DNA of 64,000 bases from Octopus vulgaris (Eukaryota). Below the pieces are notes generated by a model. That model made no database searches and was not told where the DNA came from. It saw nothing but the letters and a program-made list of their open reading frames with translations. Position numbers and translations under genes: made by a program. The stretch spans positions 106,578,001-106,642,000 of the forward strand of contig OX597816.1 of NCBI GenBank assembly GCA_951406725.2, written 5' to 3'. Shown in pieces: positions 38,730 through 52,835 of the stretch. The number at the start of each line of letters is the position of its first letter. The stretch's first letter is position 1.

Positions 38730-39300
38730 CCCATCAATGTATAAACAAGGGCCTCTGCAACAAAACAACACACTTTGTATCAACACAAAAGCACAACGAT
38801 ATCATTTATGTCAGAAGATCACTTTCTTTTCCTTTTCTTTTTAAGTAAGGACACATGGTGGATGGAAAAGGTCTGAGGAGAGGAGTTTCATGTCAAATTG
38901 GGAAGCTTTGATGGAACCAAACTCTTTTTAATGAATTAGAGTAATTGAGCAACACCAATATAGTCATGTACAGAGATGACAGATTTATAAGCACCCACCG
39001 CACTAATAAAGATTATACCAACATTATGCAATACAGCTCGAAAGTGATACAAATAGCAAATATAATATTCATAAATGCCTTAGATATCACCCACAACATC
39101 CTTTTGGGATTATATAAGACTTTCAGAAAAACCATTAGCTTCCTCCTGGACCTAGTTATACACTAAAACACCATCAGGCATATCCTAAACGGAACAAGCA
39201 ATTGAATACACTGTTCTGGGACAATGCAACTTTTTTCAAAGCAGTAGGTCATTACATATAACCAGGCATTAATGAGCTGTGAACACAAAGAAGCAATGAA
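38730..39300 (+). pseudogene. Highly decayed Penelope-like RT remnant
   Basis: Frameshifted FHVKLGSFDG, MYRDD, INALDITHNILLGLYKTFRK, YNQAL, in the order of PLE motifs FDVTMGSYDG, LYRDD, NFLDVTL..G.YKPYRK. Confidence 0.65.
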
Positions 39301-40234
39301 TAATTTTTAAGACCAGGAAGGTGAATAGAGTCTAGTTTAATGCACCGTTCAATACAGTGTATTTGTATATGTAGCAAAGTAGTTCCTCTCTTCAATAAGT
39401 AAGCTCTTGTTCAGAACATCAGAAACTACTCAATAAATAAAGTTTTCTATAAATAAAAATAATTTCAAGGTCATTTAGAGCAGTCTTCAAGATACCTGCA
39501 TAACAGACAATTGCTTTATGCTAAAATATGAACAAATATAATAATTTAAAGGGAAAAATCTGTCTTGTACATCAGTTTAATAAAGAGCCCATTTAAGAAC
39601 TGTTTTTGCCAACACAACAGTTCCTTCAAATAATGCTCCATAATAAATAATATACCTTATCTCAAAACACATATGCAAAATGAAGGACAAAGGAAAGAAC
39701 AGCACAATTACATAAATTCTGGACATAACAGCTTCTTCAGGATAGATAAAGAAATACAGCATCTGTTTAGTGAGGAAATTTCCAACCTCCCTAGACAGAA
39801 TATCAAAATTGATATCTATTTGCTTTAATGACAATGCAGCAGAAGCTTGTGTCAATGAACTTGCTCTCTTTAACAAGTGTAGCCAGCTCCTTACTTGCAT
39901 TCAAATCTGAATTTGGTGAAGTCAGTAAAACACTTAACACTTATGGAGAAAATAGTTTAAACCTAAAAACAAAAGCAGTAACTTGACATAAGTTGCATAG
40001 CTCTGAATTTATATTATTAAACATTTATTATTTTTCTCAGCACAAATGCACTTTCACAGGTTATAATGCAATTGCAATTAGCCCATGATGCTAAAAAAAA
40101 TAATAATAAAACAGGTTTTCCAACTCCTGTTCTACATTGTTGATGATCTGCTAGAAGGAGTAACCAAATCCTCTTCAAATCACAACCTAACATCTTATTA
40201 AATAGAAAGTGACATGGTATAATGTTTGGGATAT

Positions 40235-40480
40235 ATGGGACCTAGTGATTAGGGTGTCACACTCATAATCACAAGATTGTGGTTTCAATTCCTGAACTGA
40301 GTGGTGCATTGTGTTCTTGAACAGAACTCTTCATTTCATGTAACTTCAGTCCACTCAGCTGTAAGTAAGTAACCTCTATGACTGGTATCCTATTCAGGGA
40401 GAATGTTGGGATCTCAGAAACTTATACAACAGGGAAACTGGGTAATCAGGGGTATGAGTCCTAGGACTCAAGACAGCACT
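40235..40480 (+). mobile_element. Family C SINE, decayed
   Basis: ctagtgattaggg...ggtttcaattcc...ttgtgttcttgaac...cagtccactcagctg. Confidence 0.75.
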
Positions 40481-41073
40481 TACTATATACACCATGTAAA
40501 GAAAAAAGACAAGATGGGCATGGCTGGAACACCTTTGAACACACGTTTGCTGAAAAGAAGCTGATTTGGAATTAAACAATAAACATTATTACTAATCAAC
40601 CAATGCTGATTCATAGACAGATTATATCCAGCTAATGTTATATATCACATGACCAATAGCTCATATATAAATTTCCATTTCTCTTCTTATATCTACTTGA
40701 AGCTGGAATAGAAATAGAAATTAAGAGTAAGTAGCTTGGATCCACTCAGACAGAGCTGCAGCAAACCATGGTATGGGATTTCTACTCATAATTATATGTA
40801 CACAATCACATTAAACACCATACCTTTGGAAATATTAATTTGAGACTGATCTCGATTTATTAACTGCCTAATTAGATGTTATGTAAATACATCTGAAGAA
40901 AAAGCTTCCTTTTCTTTTCTTTTTTTTTTTTGGCTTCCAATATCATGAAAGATATTGGAAAATGTGAAATACAGACATAATATATACTAATATAAATTCT
41001 TTGTGTATATACGTCACCAAATAAATACAGAATCAAACGTGAGAGAATATAAAGAGAAATAAGAGTATTAGAT

Positions 41074-41121
<48 letters not shown>

Positions 41122-41498
41122 AGCCAACCACAAAGCAGGGTCTGAATGAGGATCAAAGATGGCAACAGAGTTGAAAGAAAGAGAGCAAAATAAAAGAAGA
41201 GATTATTGTTTGCTAAATCAGTATGGATGGATACTAGCATTATCAGCAGTTGTCAATACTGGAGATTTTGTTGAGCCAATGAAGGAGCCTCTACTTGTCA
41301 TTTAACCTGCTAGAAATAACCATGTTGGACAACAATGAACTCATTGGATCATGTGATCCCAGAGGGAAGATTTGCCTTCAAATAAAGAGAGGATGGTCAT
41401 AGCTAAAATGCCTGTGAGAGAAACTTAGTAGATGAAAACTGCATGGAAGTCCATTGGATGCAGTGTAACCATAATTTAAATGGCTCAGTGTGTTACAT

Positions 41499-41735
41499 GT
41501 GGAGGCACATGGCTTAGTGGTTAAGGTGTTGGACTGGTGATCATAAGATTGTAGTTTTGATTCCAGGACTAGGTAATGCATTGTGTTCTTGAGAAAACAC
41601 TTCATTTCACATTGCTCCAGTCCAGTCAGCTGGTAAAAATAAGTAATCCTGCAACGGACCAGCATCCCATACTGGAAGGAATATATATACCCGAGAAATT
41701 GGCCCTATGCTCCTTATGGAGTAATGTGGACTAAC
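41499..41735 (+). mobile_element. Family C SINE, decayed
   Basis: gtggaggcacatggcttagtggttaagg...ttgtgttcttgag...ttgctccagtcc. Confidence 0.8.
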
Positions 41736-42798
41736 TGTTGTGTATGTGTGTGTGTAAAGAAATAAACACCCAGATTTGAAGTAAGTTTGATGAGCACAAA
41801 ACTGTTGGCCTTTGAGTCACTTTTGTGACTTTCTGCCAATTAAAGATAATATAAAAAGGCATATATACTCATGTATACCTTCTATTTCTGAAGTTGCCCT
41901 ATCATAGCTTTATTTTGTGTGTGTGCATGTGTGTGTGTGTGTGTGTGTGTGTGTAATGTTTATATTTACATTTTTTATGCTATTCATCCTTCAATTACAC
42001 ATTCTACCTTTTTGCTCTTCATATTTTTTTAATTTTCAGAAGACACACACACACACAAGAGTGTATAGATATCTAATATGATATATAGATGTTCATGGAG
42101 TACAAAGACCATTTATAACCTGGTATTTTGGTCCATTGCCAAAACATGCTCTAACTTTGCAGAATCCATCTACCCATTTACTTCTCAACTAAGCTCTAGA
42201 AGGAGACTTGCAGCTCATTTGTTTCCAACTTCTCACCGGAACCACACCTGAACTTTCTTGTAGGTCAAGAGATTATGTAGAGGTCCCTTATGACATCATC
42301 AATGTCAGTTAAATTTACAGCAGACATTACAACCAAATATATAGAAATGTCTTTATTTTCTAACTCTCATATCCCCCCCCCCCAAGATTTAATTCCTATT
42401 CACTACTCTTATATTCATCATGAAGAAATTTCTTCAGGTTTCCATTGTAACTTCTGTTGTTTCATTATACAATGCAAAAAGGTACGAGAAATGGAAAATG
42501 ATCAAGTGTTTGGGTGCTGTTGTTTAGCCATAGGGAACCATGAATGAGTATATCTATAGCAAAAGGTGCTCTAGCCATGACTCCAAGAAGTATTTAGAAC
42601 TACATTATCTAATGTAATCTGCTTCCAATTTTCATTGTTATTGTCCCAAGTAAATTTGGAGTCAACTTATGGTCAAAAGCAGGCATTCTAGACATGACAT
42701 CCTGTTTTTTAAGGGGTCAATGAGAGAATATCACCTAATATCTTCTAGTTTTTAATACAGTAATGGGTGATTTGATGGAGATTTAGTTATGTCTACCA

Positions 42799-43061
42799 CC
42801 ATTTTTGTCAACCATTTTTCAACTATGGACCCATTTTATTCCTAATTTACTTAGGTGGACCCACATAAACATTCCATATTTAAAAACTCTTATTATATTT
42901 TTATAATTACATATTATTAGGAATTGCATTAAAAAAATTGTTAAAATATTTTGTATATTGTAGAAATATAACCAATTTATCACATATAAATTTTAACAAG
43001 GAAATCTTATATAGACCACACCTCCACAAGGGTCATATGGAACTTGGTTTGAGAACTGTTG
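42799..43061. mobile_element. hAT (Charlie-like) MITE with 8-bp TSD
   Basis: gtctacca at 42791-42798 and 43062-43069; degenerate termini ccatttttgtcaacc / ggtttgagaactgttg. Confidence 0.7.
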
Positions 43062-44599
43062 GTCTACCAGATCAGGCAATTAAGTGAAAGCTTCCTAAAT
43101 GCTTTTGGTGAGGCATAATCAATGAAACATAAAAGTAGATTTGAATTACACAATAGAAGTTGCTCTATAGTAAAAACTTTACCAATATAATATAATCTAT
43201 GTATGCTGTCTAAAAGCCAGCAGCTGTGGTTTTTATCTGGGAAAAATCCCTTTATAGATGTATAGTGTTAAAAAACACAATATACTTCAGAGCTTGGCAA
43301 AACGAAATCACACCAGAAGTGACCACAATAATAAGCAAGTAATACTGACAAGCTACAACTGCATCAAAATACATATCTGCTGTTCCTGCAGTCACTTCTG
43401 AGTGTGTAAACAAACCAACACCAGTTAGCAATCAGTAAACAAAAGCACAAAGACACACACATAGATATATACATATGTACAATGGGCTTCTTTCAATTTC
43501 CATCAACCGAATCTACTCACATGACTTTGGTCGGTCCAGGGATATAGTAGAGGACACTTGCTCAAGGAGCCATACAGTGGGGCTGAATCTAGAACTATGT
43601 AGTTGGGAAGCAAACTTCTTACCGCACAGCTGCACCTGCACCTATGTATCTATAAATGTGTGTATGTGTTCAAGTCTCCTTGTCTTGACATCATGTGAGA
43701 ATTGTAAATGAGGATCACTGTTATATGAGCAGTGTCATTCATTTCCAACATCCTGGCAGAGCAACAGGTGAAAGTTGGCAACAGGAAGGGCATCCAGCCA
43801 TAGAAAATCTGTCTCAGATAAACTCCATTCAACCCAAGCATGAAAATGTGGACATTAAATGATGATGTTTATTACTACTAGTCATCCAACTTCAATTGGA
43901 AACACTATGAGATTCCAGAACTCCATGGTATTATCAAGTCACTAAAGTGAGTTGATAAATCACTAGTTCTATCAACTGGCAGTAATCTGCTAAGTAGATT
44001 TGTTGACTCTAGACTGACTGTTGGCTGAAGAGGCTCATCCACCCAAACTGTCATGTAGTTTCACCAAATGAAGATCATAAGTCAAATGATGGTCAATACA
44101 CCCAACTTCACTTCTGCCATGCTGCTCTCCATGATTTCACCGTGACCCTGGCTTGGGGATTTTTCATCATTGAGGTTAACTCCTCTATATACACACTATT
44201 GGATGGCCATTGACTCTTACAAGTTCCTCTTCCCTTTAATGAGTTTTGCTTTTTATCCAGCAGGGTATCTAAATCTCCCTCCTCACCAAGCAAGCTTGGT
44301 GGGGTTGCCAACCACGTAACAGATTGTAGAGGGTTACATAGTACCAGTAATACACAATAATTATTTGACATGTTTATCCACCCATTATTGCCAGACAGTA
44401 CACAGTATATCACTAAAATGAACTTTCCTCAAATAAAACATACTAAATCCATGAGAGGATTTCATCACATCTAATTTAATGCTTGTCAGATAATTTTACA
44501 CTTGTCATAACAGTTAGCATTGTTGTGACACAATTAGCGCCTTATGTTGCTGTTCAAATTGTCTAACTCTAGGAGAGTCTTAACTGAGTAGAGCTAATG

Positions 44600-45120
44600 T
44601 CTATCCTTAATATAATATCACAATATATAATAAATGTGAATGTCAATATGTCACACTTTTTCAACTTTACTCCTAGAGGCCATAGTCCAACAGATCATAA
44701 CATTTTGGAATCAGACTGATCCATGAGTAAATTATAAACATTCTGGACCAAATCTGGGTCCACAATCCTGAAATTTTGGATTCCCAAGTTTTCATTACTG
44801 TGATTGCTTTTGGCAATTTTTTTATACGACTTTTTTCAACAAATTTTTTTGTACGATAACAATTTTTATAATCTAATGTCTAACTCCATGAGTAACATTC
44901 TGGGCCGAATCCGGACCTGCAATCCTGAAATTTTGGAGTCCTATGTTTTCATTATTGCGATTGTTTCCAGTGATTTTTTTTACAATTTTTTTGCGATGAA
45001 TATGATCATCATTGGGATATGACTCTGGAGGAAGCAATTGCAACAAATTCTGCAAAACAAGTCAGAGATCTGTTTGCATATCTTCCCACTCAGGGTCAAG
45101 GGCAGCTTTTTAGCTAATCA
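44600..45120. repeat. Probable Helitron-like element with an internal ~165-bp tandem duplication
   Basis: ccatgagtaa..cattctgg.cc.aatc.gg..c..caatcctgaaattttgga at ~44720 and ~44886. Confidence 0.6.
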
Positions 45121-45989
45121 AGAATACTTTTAAGTCGACTAAACCGTCACCCTGTGATAAAAGATTGTCTTAATTATAGGACACTACATTAACATAGTGC
45201 CCACAATGGGATACGAACTACAACACCATTTCACCAAATAACTACTACAATTAATGCTACTACTACAGCTATTACTCGGGCATCTGCAATTCAAGCATCA
45301 ACTCACCGCTAATCTTTTCCACCAATCATATAAATCAAAGCTGTCAATCGGTTCAAAAGAGGAAAATCCTTTATTAAAAGGCAAGGAATAGCATTAAGTG
45401 GTTAACTCTCAACCCAATAAAGAATCATTACCATTGTTATTAATTCGTCTTCATTAGCACAAACACACACACACAAACACGATACGGAAGAAAGCGTGCA
45501 CATTTGCATGCATGCGTGCATAAGCCTGAGTATATGAACACACACACACACACACACACATACATATATATATATTAATACTGATATGCATGCCAGCATG
45601 CGCGAATGGTAGACTCTAACTAATGTGTTGATTATAATAATTTACTAACTATAAGGCTGCCACTCAGAAAGTGTAGGAAATATGGTATCGTCACTAGCCT
45701 TCCCATTGTACTGATTTGTTAGTTTCTGAATCAGCTCTGATAGCTTTCATCAACTGCTGTGATCAAAGAATACATGCAATAACCGCTTAACATAGAGAAA
45801 AGAGTGCCTTTTGTTATAACACCGCTTTAATATCAATGTAGAGTGTTGTTGTTGCTATTGCTGTTGTTGTTGTTATTATTATTATTATTATTGCCTTTTA
45901 TCCATCAAACGGTCGATAATATAAACAGCAGTAATGCACTTGAGCCGATTAAACTGACGTCACCCTCTTCTCTCCTCTTACTCGATTGC

Positions 45990-46442
45990 TCAATCAAAAG
46001 AAATCATCATCAGCATCACCATCATTAACATCATCATAAAATGTATCATCATCATCATCATCATCACCATTATTAATTATTAATACTGAAGCTGGTGGTG
46101 GTGGTGGTGGTGGCGGTGGTGACTGTGGCATGAATGATGGTTAGGTTTTTCTTTGCGCAACCAAACTTTATTATGTCAGCTAGTTTCGATTCTCCATCAG
46201 ATCCGATTCACTTATGTCATTTGATAAATGCATATACCCTTCGAGGAAAGACCTCAATGTTATCATAGTCACCTGTCTGAATTCCATAATCAAGTCGTCA
46301 CCAGCATCACCTCTATTACCATCACCACTACCACTACTGCTACCACCACCACCGCCATCAACACTACCTCTATTACCACCAGTGCCACCACCACCATCAA
46401 CACTACCTCTATTACCACCACCACCATCAACACTACCTCTAT

Positions 46443-46519
<77 letters not shown>

Positions 46520-46580
46520 TCACTACCACCACCCCATCGCCATCAGTACCACCTCTATTACCACCACCACCACCACCATA
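45990..46580. repeat. Compound trinucleotide tracts (CAT, GGT, ACC, ACT) with a higher-order tcaacactacctctattaccacc unit
   Basis: Directly visible. Confidence 0.95.
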
Positions 46581-46824
46581 ATTTTTTTTTTAGTTAATAA
46601 TAAATAAATAAGCCTTTCTAAAGTTCTGAATTGTTATTTCTCCAACAGGTTCTGTGAAGATAATTAAACAAATGATAAGAGTAATTACTAAAAACATTGA
46701 TTGCTTTAACACTAACCGTATTTAATTTGCGGTATAAAAACATTATGTATGTGATGTAAGAGAACCACAACTGATGGAGTATCTAACCATTGATGGCAAG
46801 ATTGATATTATTGTGCGGTCATTT

Positions 46825-47037
46825 AAGGTGGTGGGCTGGCAGAATCTTTATCATACCTGACAAAATGCTTAGTAGCATTTTGTGTGTCTTTATGTTCTGA
46901 GTTCAAATTCTGCTGAGGTTAACTTTCATCTTTTGGGGGCTGATGAAATAAGTACCAGTTGAGCACTATGGTCGATGTAATTGATTTCCCCACGCACCAA
47001 AATTGCTGGCCTCGTGCCAAAATAAGAAAGGATTATT
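46825..47037 (+). mobile_element. Family B SINE
   Basis: aaggtggtgggctggcagaatc...ttctgagttcaaattc...aaataagtaccagttgag. Confidence 0.85.
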
Positions 47038-48813
47038 GTACAGTCCTTTAAGAGACTTTCTGTACATTGGCTCAGTCAATCTAACTGCAAAACAGTAATA
47101 CAGTTGAGCACATATCATAATCGCCAGTAAATTGCACTTACATGTGCCACGATGAACGTAGCATTACATATCAAGTTCCACAATCAGATGAGATACGGAG
47201 AGTTAATATGAGAAGTGCAGGTTGAGTGCATATACTAGGCTTGGCGTCCGGCAACGAGTAAAGGAACACTGCACACATACAGTGAGAGAAGATGATGGAG
47301 ACAGAGAAGGAGGAGAGGGGGAAATGGGAGAAGTCATACAAAGGGGACAGTTGATTTTATTTTAAATATTTTTTCTTGATCATTTTGTAAAAAGCACCAA
47401 AAACTTTGACCAAAGTTAGACGATAATTATTGTATGTATGCCATCATTTTGGATATTACTTATTGTGGCAAGTGTACTTTCAAAGTTACGCCCGCGCGCA
47501 CGCACACACATTTAATGTACACAGTATAAAGATAAGAGCTAATAGTTTCTTGCTGTGAAGACACGTGTCTAGGCAAATTTTTATAATGTGCCTTGTATCT
47601 CCAAGCAATCTTCAGACTACCTAAACACGTGGCTTCATAACAGGAAATTATTAGTAGCTCGTATCTTTTAAACTGTGTACATTAAACGATATTTACCTCT
47701 CACTGGATAGAATACTTTATCTTTCACTAGATAGTTGAGTAAGTCTCATAAACAAAAGGAGCACACGGTATTTAATATCTATATAATTGTAATATGGACA
47801 TTTTACTTCGCGCTTTCAATAAACTCCAACGAAAGTTTGCATAGGATTAGGTTCATAAAACCGTCAGATATAACATGACTATAGCTTGCAGTTGCCTAGG
47901 GCGTGATGACATATGTTATGTTCCATCGTCAGTGATCAACGGCTGTTGTGACATCACAATGCACGAAGGACATGTAATGGGCGTCGCTTATGATTAGTGA
48001 AAGATGGAATCTTTTAGCTAATAATAAGCAGTTGATAACATCTGTGATTATAATAAGCAGCTTCAACTGTATATAAGCAGACAAGTGTTCGTTACTTCTG
48101 CATATCGTAAAAGATCTTATTCGCATCGTTCAGTCTCAGCAATCATTAGTTGTTTTTGAACCATCACAGCAATGTTGCAGAAATATTGTTACTATAACCC
48201 CAAATCCTAACCCTAGCTATGCATTTTTGGTTTTATTTTCTTCATTTCCCCAATGGTGCACAAAAACTGTTTACAAGGCGCCGTTGTTATAAAAGGAAAA
48301 AACACCAACAGAAAACCGAGTTTTGTGGAGTTGCATAATGAAAGTTAAGCCAAGTCAAATTTGTAACTAAAATCTATAGTTCTATTTGGTGATGGCTACG
48401 AGAGAGGGAGGGAGAGAGAGAGAGAGCTAGGGGGAAGCAATTATTGCTTGATCGTTTATATTTCTATGTAATACCATATGATCAATGTATTGATGATGTT
48501 CATTATTTGAGTTATGTAATAGGTACAATAAAGGTTAACTCTAAGCTTTCATCAGACGGAAGTTATCTAGATAAGAGAGAGGTATGTATGTTTTTGTTTT
48601 GATTTTATTCTTTTTTTTTAATGAAATGGTTCTTCCCACTGATTTTTCATCAAATGATACGAAAACTTTCCAGAACATTACGTGATTATGAAGCCAACAA
48701 CAGAATAGTTAGTATTAATGGCTGTTCAACACAGCTAAATGTTGTTGTCTGAGTGTATATTCTAAGAGAATCGATCTAATGAAGGAAATAATGAAATAAA
48801 ACAATTTTTAATA

Positions 48814-48846
<33 letters not shown>

Positions 48847-50379
48847 TTATAACAACTTTCATTCAGAAAAGAGAGATTTTCTTTCAAGTTTTGTGTGAAT
48901 AGCAAGTTGACACGTCAAAGCTATAGTGTGACTGCCATAACAGCTACCACCAGCGCCGACTGGCGGTTTTTGATAGAGGCTCCCTGGTAGCCGCCATAAA
49001 TCGGTCCCTTTTATCTTTGTTTGATGTCGGTTGAAAGGATAGGGCCAACGTCGATTAAAACAAACAAGATAATCTTCAGTACAAGCAGACCTATTCATAA
49101 TGTATTCCACAGAAGTTGATCAAAAGAACAGCTTCACATATCGGAATTAATTCGCTCTATTATTTTGGTGCTATCTTTGAATTTTCGGTTGGGTTAGGGA
49201 GAAAATATTTTCACTAAACAACACTTTGATTATAAAATGTATGCAGTTGTTTTTCTTCTATTTTTATTTTCCATTTTCTGTTTAATTCTATGTTTCTCAT
49301 ACAATTTCTCTATGTGTGATCGCATATGAATCAAAAAAGCCAATATGTACGTTTTTGCCATACGAACTACTCACAAGCGCATCTATTACCTTTCATATGC
49401 ATACAAATTTACAAGTATGCCTATATTCTGCTGTCAGATAAAATATCCGTCGATAAAAATAAAATATAAAAATTGATTAATAACTATAACAAAGTAAAAC
49501 AAGCAAAAAATAGAAGGGAAAACGACCACCACTGATTTAATTCCAACTTTTAATCTGCAGATCAGAAGATAGATTAAAACTAGTAGGGGTGCATGATTAA
49601 AGCTAAGCGTATCTGGATGGTTCAAAGTAACTGTTAGAAATTCCGAAATAAAAATAAAAAGTCGATTGCGTATAAAAGAAACGAGCTGCTAGTTATAACC
49701 TCTTGTTAGTTTATAATATAATCAGTCTTGCATTATTATTTGGACGGCTGGAGTAACGAGCGCTTTGGAACAGACGTAAGTTTTGAGAGAGCCGAACCTG
49801 CAAATATAGTTTCGATTTTCACTCAGAACCATTTCACAAGACTCATGACCATAATACTCTTCTACTCATATCCTACACAAATGTTTTTTTGACTGAGCTA
49901 GAAATGCCAGCAAAAATCTCTCACATATCAGCCTCTATTCTCTTAAAATGCAAAGCACATACTAGTAAAGTCCCATATACCATATGTCAGAAACAAAAGG
50001 CGGAATGGTCATGATTGGAATGCCTTCAACCAAAATTCTGCTTGATCTTCTCTGGGGTTAAAAATAACAATAGCAATACACTTTGACGTTTTATAACTTT
50101 CAGGTAAAGTACAGTTAAAGTAAGTTCTGCGAAAAGTGACTATACTATCTGGTTTCGATTCTTGTTTGAAATAATTTCATTTCAATCATTCTGACAGACA
50201 TATGTAAATGGTGCAAAACATCACAACTATGTTCATCCAGCTCAAGCACATTCCAGTTTCAATTTACAATAAGTTATGTTTGGTTGGTATTCATTTATTT
50301 ATATTCTGCCAAATCTTCTAAACAATAGCGTATTTACTCTTACTACGTTGTAATCATAACAATACAGTTACACTCATCT

Positions 50380-51385
50380 CTCACCATCATGATATTTAAA
50401 CCTTTCTCTCTTTCCCTCCACTACCATAACATTACACCTTTCGCTCCTTCCCCATTGTCATCGTGATAATACACCCCACTTTCCTTCATAGCCATCAGCA
50501 CGACATCACACTTGCCTCGCTCTTTCTTCCCTACTGTCATCATGACATTACGCCCTTCTTCTCCCTTACTGTCACCATGACATTATACTCCACTTGACTT
50601 TATCGTCACCATGATATTACAGCTTCCGCACCTCCTTCACTATTATTATAACGTAACATCTTCCTCTTCTCCACCATCATTAAGACATCGTCGCTATGAC
50701 ATTAGACTTTCCTCTTCTCCACCGTCATTATATTACACCTTCTTCTCCTACACTGTCATTATGATATTTTACCTTCCTCTCCTCCAACGTCATTATATTA
50801 GACCTTCCTCTCCAAGTGTCATTATGATATTAGACCTTCTCCACTGTCATTATGTTAGACCTTCCCCCTCCACCGTCATTATGATATTAGGTCTTCCCTC
50901 CCCCCACCGTCATTATATTAGACCTTCCCTTGCTCCGCTGTCATTACGATATTTGACCATCCTCTCCTCCACTGTCATTATGATATTAGACCTTCCTTTC
51001 CTCCATCTTATAATATTAGACCTTTCTCTCCTCCACCGTCATTATATTTTACCTTCCTCTCCTCCACCGTCATTATATTTGACCTTCTTCTCCTCCACTG
51101 TCATTATGATGTTAGACCTTCCCCTCCTCCACCTTCATTATGATGTTGGACCTTTCTCTCCTCTACCGTCATAATGACGGTCATGATATTTTACCTTCCC
51201 CTGCAGCATTGTCATTATATTAAACCTTCTCCTCCACCATCATTATTATTATTATCATGATATCAAATTTTCTCCCTCCTCCATCGTCATTATATTTGCC
51301 CTTTCCCCTACTCCCCAATCATTATGATATTAGACCTTTCTCTCCTCCACCGTCATTATGACATAATACCTTCCTCCCACCCCTC
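50380..51385. repeat. Degenerate ~30-33-bp minisatellite
   Basis: Unit ctccaccgtcattat(g)atattagaccttcctctc repeated about 30 times. Confidence 0.92.
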
Positions 51386-51811
51386 TCTTTTACTATTCTT
51401 GACAATACACGCTCATCATCATAATTCATTGTACAAAGATTTTTGTATACTTTCCCAATGTGGTTTACATACAGTTTCAGAATGTGCAGGTTCATCTTTT
51501 ATCTTTTACTTAGACTGCAACCATGATGAGACCACTGCCTTAAATTTTTAGTCGAATGTTATTGTTTTTTTTTTCTTTTTGTAAGAGTGTAAGTACCTTG
51601 AGAGTTTAAGTAGTGAACATACCGGTTTTGTTTCCTATTAGCTTAGTATGAATTTATAGGGGTATAAAAATCAGATTTATTTTATAAACAAAGTCTATTA
51701 TAAAATAATAAAATTATTAGGTAGAAAAGGAATAAAATAGCTTAATCACTCAAACCATGATAAAGTATATATACCTTATTAACAACAGTAGAGAAGATTT
51801 ATAGAAAATTA

Positions 51812-52160
51812 AGAGCACCATCCAAGCATGATCATTGCCAGATCACTGGCTTCCATGCCAGTGGCACGTAAAAGGCACCATTCGAGCATGATCGTTACCA
51901 GCGCCGTCTTACTGACACGTGTAAAAACATTCGAGCGAGGTCGTTGCCAGTACTGCCTGACTGGCTCCCATGCCGGTGGTACGTAAAAGCACCCACTACA
52001 CTCTCAGAGTGGTTAGCATTAGGAAGGGCATCCAGCTGTAGGAACTCTGCCAGATCAAGATTGGAGCCTGGTGCAACCATCTGGTTCGCCAGCCTTCAGT
52101 GAAATCGTCCAACCCATGCTAGCGTGGAAAGTGGACGTTAAACGATAATGATGATGATGT
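51812..52160 (+). mobile_element. RTE-type 3' end (tandem units, tail, (GAT)n)
   Basis: cactacactctcagagtggttagcattaggaagggcatccagctgtag as at 35611-35660. Confidence 0.85.
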
Positions 52161-52306
52161 ATAATAATTTAAGCATTTAAAACTAAAAATTATTTATTTA
52201 CTTATTTAGCTTGTATCAATAAAGACTGACACCTGGTACTAGCTAAAGGAATATTGATGTTATAGGACATGCTAATTATATACTAATTATAAACTATGAG
52301 GTATAT

Positions 52307-52833
52307 TCATCATCATCATCATTATCATCATCGTTTAATGTCCATGCTAGCATGGGTTGGACGATTTGACTGAGGACTGGCAAACCAGATGACTGCACCA
52401 GGCTCCAATCTGATCTGGCAGAGTTTCTACAGCTAACGTCAACCACTCTGTGAGTGTAGTGGATGCTTTTATGTGCCACCGGCATGAGAGGCAGTACTGG
52501 CAACGACCATGCTCAAATGGTGTTTATTACGTGCCACCTGCACAGGAGCCAGTCCAGCGGCACTGGCAACGACCTCGCTCGAATACTTTTTCATGTGCTA
52601 CCAGCACAAGTGCCAGTAAGGCGATGCTGGTAATGATCATGCTTGAATGGTGCTTTTTTCGTGCCACCGACACGGAAACCAGTTAGCTTCTCTGGCAACG
52701 ATCCCGCTTGGATGGTGCTCTTAGCGCTCCACTAGCACAGATGCCAGTCATCGAATTTGATTTCGATTTCACTTGCCTCAACAGGTCTTCGCAAGTAGAG
52801 TTTAGTGTCCAATGAAGGAAAGGTATGCGTAAG
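52307..52833 (-). mobile_element. RTE-type 3' end, inverted relative to 51812-52160
   Basis: tgcaccaggctccaatctgatctggcagagtttctacagct is the reverse complement of 52034-52075. Confidence 0.85.
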
Positions 52834-52835
52834 AA

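Noticed and set aside
46214-46597. Poly-Thr mucin-like or poly-Pro/Leu ORFs
   Set aside because: Trinucleotide repeats, open in several frames, with no convincing exon boundaries
48195-48220. Interstitial telomeric repeat
   Set aside because: Only 2-3 degenerate CCCTAA-like units
48859-49110. 83-aa minus ORF as a receptor exon
   Set aside because: No TNFR cysteine spacing, no recognisable homology, no clear splice sites
50611-51174. 187-aa ORF
   Set aside because: Lies wholly within a minisatellite
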